From a virus (lineage: Duplodnaviria > Heunggongvirae > Uroviricota > Caudoviricetes): a DNA stretch of 20,689 nucleotides. The stretch covers positions 1-20,689 of IMG/VR virus record IMGVR_UViG_2671180298_000002; one strand, written 5' to 3'. Position 1 is the stretch's first letter. The number at the start of each line of letters is the position of its first letter. Of this stretch, positions 17,878 to 20,689 are shown piece after piece. The notes below the pieces were generated by a model. It saw only the letters and a list, made by a program, of their open reading frames with translations, did no database searches and was not told the origin of the DNA. Position numbers and translations under genes: made by a program.

Positions 17878-19554
17878 ATGAATTCATTTGCCATCGTTAT
17901 ACTCTTATTAGCATTTCTCGCCCCTGTTCTAGCTGTAATATTATTTAAACAAAGTAAAAAACACAAAGCGGCTATAGATAACCTGACAGCTAACAACATA
18001 GCCCTTTCTAACCAACTGATTGAAAATCAAGAAAAACTAGCACAGACCGTACGAGAATTATCAGAGCTTGAAGGGCGAGCAGCACCATTGTGGCAATACG
18101 AAGAATTGCACAGCGCAGTAATGGATGCAGAGAATAAGATAAAAAATGCGGACTCAATAGCCAAGCAAAAAATAGATGAAGCCCAAATTAAGGCGGCTAA
18201 AACAGTAAACGAAGCAAATTATCAAGCTCAGATGACAATAAGCAACGCTAATAGCGAAGCTATAGCAATCACCAAAGACGCTCGCGATGCACGCCTGAAA
18301 GCCAAAGAACGTCTTGATAATGCTAATAATAAAGCAAATGAGCTAATCTCAAATGCTAATGACAATGCAGTAAAAATTATTTCTGATGCAGAAGAAAGAG
18401 CAAAGGAGATTGCTGGTTCAGCATATGAAGCTAAAGAGTTTGCAGAAAAATATGAAGCAGTTGCAAAATCAATGAAAAATAAAATTGAAGGTTATGGTGA
18501 TGAATGGATCATCCCTAACCGTAGTGTACTTGATGAGCTGGCAGAAAATTATGAATTTACAGATGCAGGCAAGGAATTACAAAAAGCCAGAGAGTTAACC
18601 AAATCATTAATAAAAACTAATAAAGCTGCTTCGTGTAATTATGTTGAGCAAAACAGGCGTAATACTGCCATAAACTTTGTTTTGGATGCCTTCAATGGAA
18701 GAGTTGACAGTATTTTATCAAAAGTCAAACACAACAATTTTGGAAAACTTTCCCAAGAAATAAAAGATGCATTTCAACTAGTAAATTACAATGGCTCTGC
18801 CTTTAGGTCCGCAAAAATAAGTGACATCTATCTTCAGGCAAGACTCAACGAGCTAAAATGGGGTGTAGCAGTTAATGAAATTATGCTCGAAGAAAAAGAA
18901 GAGCAAAGAAGGATTAAAGAACAGCTTCGTGAAGAGGAAAGAGCTCGTAGAGAATATGAAAAAGCGATAAAAGAAGCTGAAAAAGAAGAAAAAGCTATTC
19001 AGCAAGCTATAAATAAAGCAACGAAAGAACTTATGCTTGCAAATGAAGAACAACGCTTAGCTTTAGAGCAAAAAATAGCTGAACTACAGTTAAAATATGA
19101 AGAAGCTGAAGCTAAAAATCAACGAGCTATTTCTATGGCTCAACAAACCAGATCAGGCCACGTCTATATCATTAGTAATATTGGTTCATTTGGCGAAGAT
19201 GTATATAAAATTGGAATGACACGCCGCCTTGAACCACTTGATCGTGTTCGTGAACTCGGAGATGCTAGTGTTCCTTTTTCGTTCGATGTTCATGCGATGA
19301 TTTATAGTGATGATGCACCATCATTAGAAAACCATCTGCATAAAGTTTTCAACGAAAAGCAGGTCAATAAAATTAACTCACGAAAAGAGTTTTTTAACGT
19401 AAATTTAAAAGAAATCAAATCAGTTATTGAAGACATGAACATCAACGCCCACTGGACAATGTTTGCAGAGGCGAAAGAATATAGAGAGTCTCTAGCTATT
19501 GAGCAGGAGCGCAAAGCAGCCACTTCCGCCAACGATGAACTACATGTTGCTTAG
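17878..19554 (+). CDS. Membrane-anchored coiled-coil protein with C-terminal T5orf172 (GIY-YIG-like) domain; DUF4041-type architecture
   Basis: 558 aa; N-terminal TM helix (FAIVILLLAFLAPVLAVILF), long coiled-coil with NAN/EA repeats, C-terminal GHVYIISN...YKIGMTRR...LENHLHKVF...KEFF motif; AAGGA 7 nt upstream; 20 bp after the cI stop. Confidence 0.85.
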   Translation: MNSFAIVILLLAFLAPVLAVILFKQSKKHKAAIDNLTANNIALSNQLIENQEKLAQTVRELSELEGRAAPLWQYEELHSAVMDAENKIKNADSIAKQKIDEAQIKAAKTVNEANYQAQMTISNANSEAIAITKDARDARLKAKERLDNANNKANELISNANDNAVKIISDAEERAKEIAGSAYEAKEFAEKYEAVAKSMKNKIEGYGDEWIIPNRSVLDELAENYEFTDAGKELQKARELTKSLIKTNKAASCNYVEQNRRNTAINFVLDAFNGRVDSILSKVKHNNFGKLSQEIKDAFQLVNYNGSAFRSAKISDIYLQARLNELKWGVAVNEIMLEEKEEQRRIKEQLREEERARREYEKAIKEAEKEEKAIQQAINKATKELMLANEEQRLALEQKIAELQLKYEEAEAKNQRAISMAQQTRSGHVYIISNIGSFGEDVYKIGMTRRLEPLDRVRELGDASVPFSFDVHAMIYSDDAPSLENHLHKVFNEKQVNKINSRKEFFNVNLKEIKSVIEDMNINAHWTMFAEAKEYRESLAIEQERKAATSANDELHVA

Positions 19555-19612
19555 CAATGTATGTTTCATAGTAATCACACATTGATTACTGGTTACATAT
19601 ACAGTTAAATTT

Positions 19613-19636
19613 AGCCCTCTGATATGAGGGCTTTTT
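19613..19636 (+). terminator. Hairpin plus T-tract immediately upstream of the int start codon
   Basis: AGCCCTC-tgatat-GAGGGCT followed by TTTT, then the int ATG at 19637. Confidence 0.6.
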
Positions 19637-20689
19637 ATGGCAGTACGAAAACTAACCACAGGGAAATGGCTTTGCGAATGTTACCCCGCCGGACGAAGTG
19701 GGCGTCGTGTGCGTAAACAATTCGCCACCAAAGGCGAAGCACTGGCTTTTGAGCGCCACACGATGGAAGAAACCGAAGCAAAGCCCTGGCTGGGTGAATC
19801 AGTGGATCGTCGAACACTGAAAGACGTGGTTGAGCTATGGTTCAAACTACATGGTAAATCTCTGACAGCTGGGCAGCATGTCTATGACAAATTGCTGTTG
19901 ATGGTTGACGCTCTGGGCAATCCTCTTGCAACCGATCTCACCTCTAAAATGTTTGCCCACTATCGAGATAAACGCCTGACAGGCGAGATCTACTTCAGCG
20001 AGAAATGGAAGAAAGGAGCAAGCCCGGTCACCATTAACCTGGAGCAAAGCTATCTAAGTAGTGTTTTTAGCGAACTATCCCGTCTGGGCGAATGGTCGTA
20101 TCCGAACCCACTGGAGAACATGCGAAAATTCACCATCGCAGAAAAAGAGATGGCATGGCTTACCCATGAGCAGATTGTTGAATTGCTGGCTGATTGCAAA
20201 CGTCAGGACCCAATTCTGGCACTGGTAGTTAAGATATGCTTAAGCACAGGCGCACGCTGGCGTGAAGCCGTAAATCTTACCCGCTCACAGGTGACCAAAT
20301 ACCGAATTACCTTTGTCAGAACGAAGGGGAAGAAAAACAGAAGCATCCCTATCAGTAAAGAGCTTTACGAAGAGATCATGGCGCTTGATGGGTTCAATTT
20401 CTTCACAGACTGCTATTTTCAATTTTTATCCGTGATGGAAAAAACGTCTATCGTGCTCCCTCGCGGTCAACTCACACACGTTCTGCGCCATACGTTTGCG
20501 GCGCACTTCATGATGTCGGGTGGAAACATTCTGGCCTTACAAAAAATTCTCGGACACCACGATATAAAAATGACTATGCGTTACGCACATCTGGCACCGG
20601 ATCATCTAGAAACGGCGCTCCGTTTCAATCCTCTGGCAACGCTGCCAAGTGGCGACAAAGTGGCGGCAGCGGTTGGCATTACCCCGTAA
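19637..20689 (+). CDS. int: Tyrosine integrase (P2 Int-like)
   Basis: 350-aa ORF; N-terminus MAVRKLTTGKW...GRRVRKQF parallels P2 Int (MAIKKLDDGRY...GKRIRRKF); C-terminal LSTGARWREA...HVLRHTFA...MRYAHLAP recombinase motifs with the catalytic Tyr. Confidence 0.92.
   Translation: MAVRKLTTGKWLCECYPAGRSGRRVRKQFATKGEALAFERHTMEETEAKPWLGESVDRRTLKDVVELWFKLHGKSLTAGQHVYDKLLLMVDALGNPLATDLTSKMFAHYRDKRLTGEIYFSEKWKKGASPVTINLEQSYLSSVFSELSRLGEWSYPNPLENMRKFTIAEKEMAWLTHEQIVELLADCKRQDPILALVVKICLSTGARWREAVNLTRSQVTKYRITFVRTKGKKNRSIPISKELYEEIMALDGFNFFTDCYFQFLSVMEKTSIVLPRGQLTHVLRHTFAAHFMMSGGNILALQKILGHHDIKMTMRYAHLAPDHLETALRFNPLATLPSGDKVAAAVGITP
20650..20671. repeat. Candidate att core, int-proximal prophage end (inside the int 3' end)
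   Basis: TGGCGACAAAGTGGCGGCAGCG; 21/22 identical to 2834..2855. Confidence 0.6.

Larger units (their letters stand above)
2834..20689. mobile_element. Defective P2/186-like prophage (continues to or just beyond the window end)
   Basis: Contiguous P2-type genes (ogr, D, U, T', P, Q, A, B, cox-like, cI, int) bounded by 22-bp direct repeats; capsid, lysis and most tail genes are missing. Confidence 0.85.

Noticed and set aside
18853-19053. Minus-strand 66-aa Phe/Ser-rich ORF
   Set aside because: Antisense to the Lys/Glu-rich coiled-coil region of the T5orf172 gene; a compositional artefact.
1-20689. CRISPR arrays, tRNA or rRNA genes, IS elements
   Set aside because: No regularly spaced repeats, tRNA-like structures or transposase-like ORFs were seen on reading the window.

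Overview
The window holds the E. coli-type chromosomal genes grxA, ybjM and ybjL (1..2620), followed by a degraded P2/186-like prophage running from about 2834 to the window end. Prophage content in order: ogr, tail genes D and U, a 5'-truncated tape-measure T fragment abutting the divergent terminase P and portal Q (capsid, lysis and most tail genes are absent), an AT-rich cargo block (8845..11144), an SOS/LexA-controlled Tum/DinI-like operon, replication gene A, a Dam-family methylase, a TraR-like zinc finger, small early ORFs, B, a cox/apl-like gene, a 186-type cI, a cI-linked DUF4041/T5orf172 gene and int. A 22-bp direct repeat (21/22 identical) at 2834..2855 and 20650..20671 marks the likely att cores. 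The best candidates for undescribed biology are the three-gene membrane-associated module (9555..11144), the adjacent two-gene Zn-ribbon plus small alpha/beta protein module (8845..9300), and the membrane-anchored coiled-coil T5orf172 gene (17878..19554). All identifications rest on reading the translated ORFs and the sequence by eye; no database search was run.
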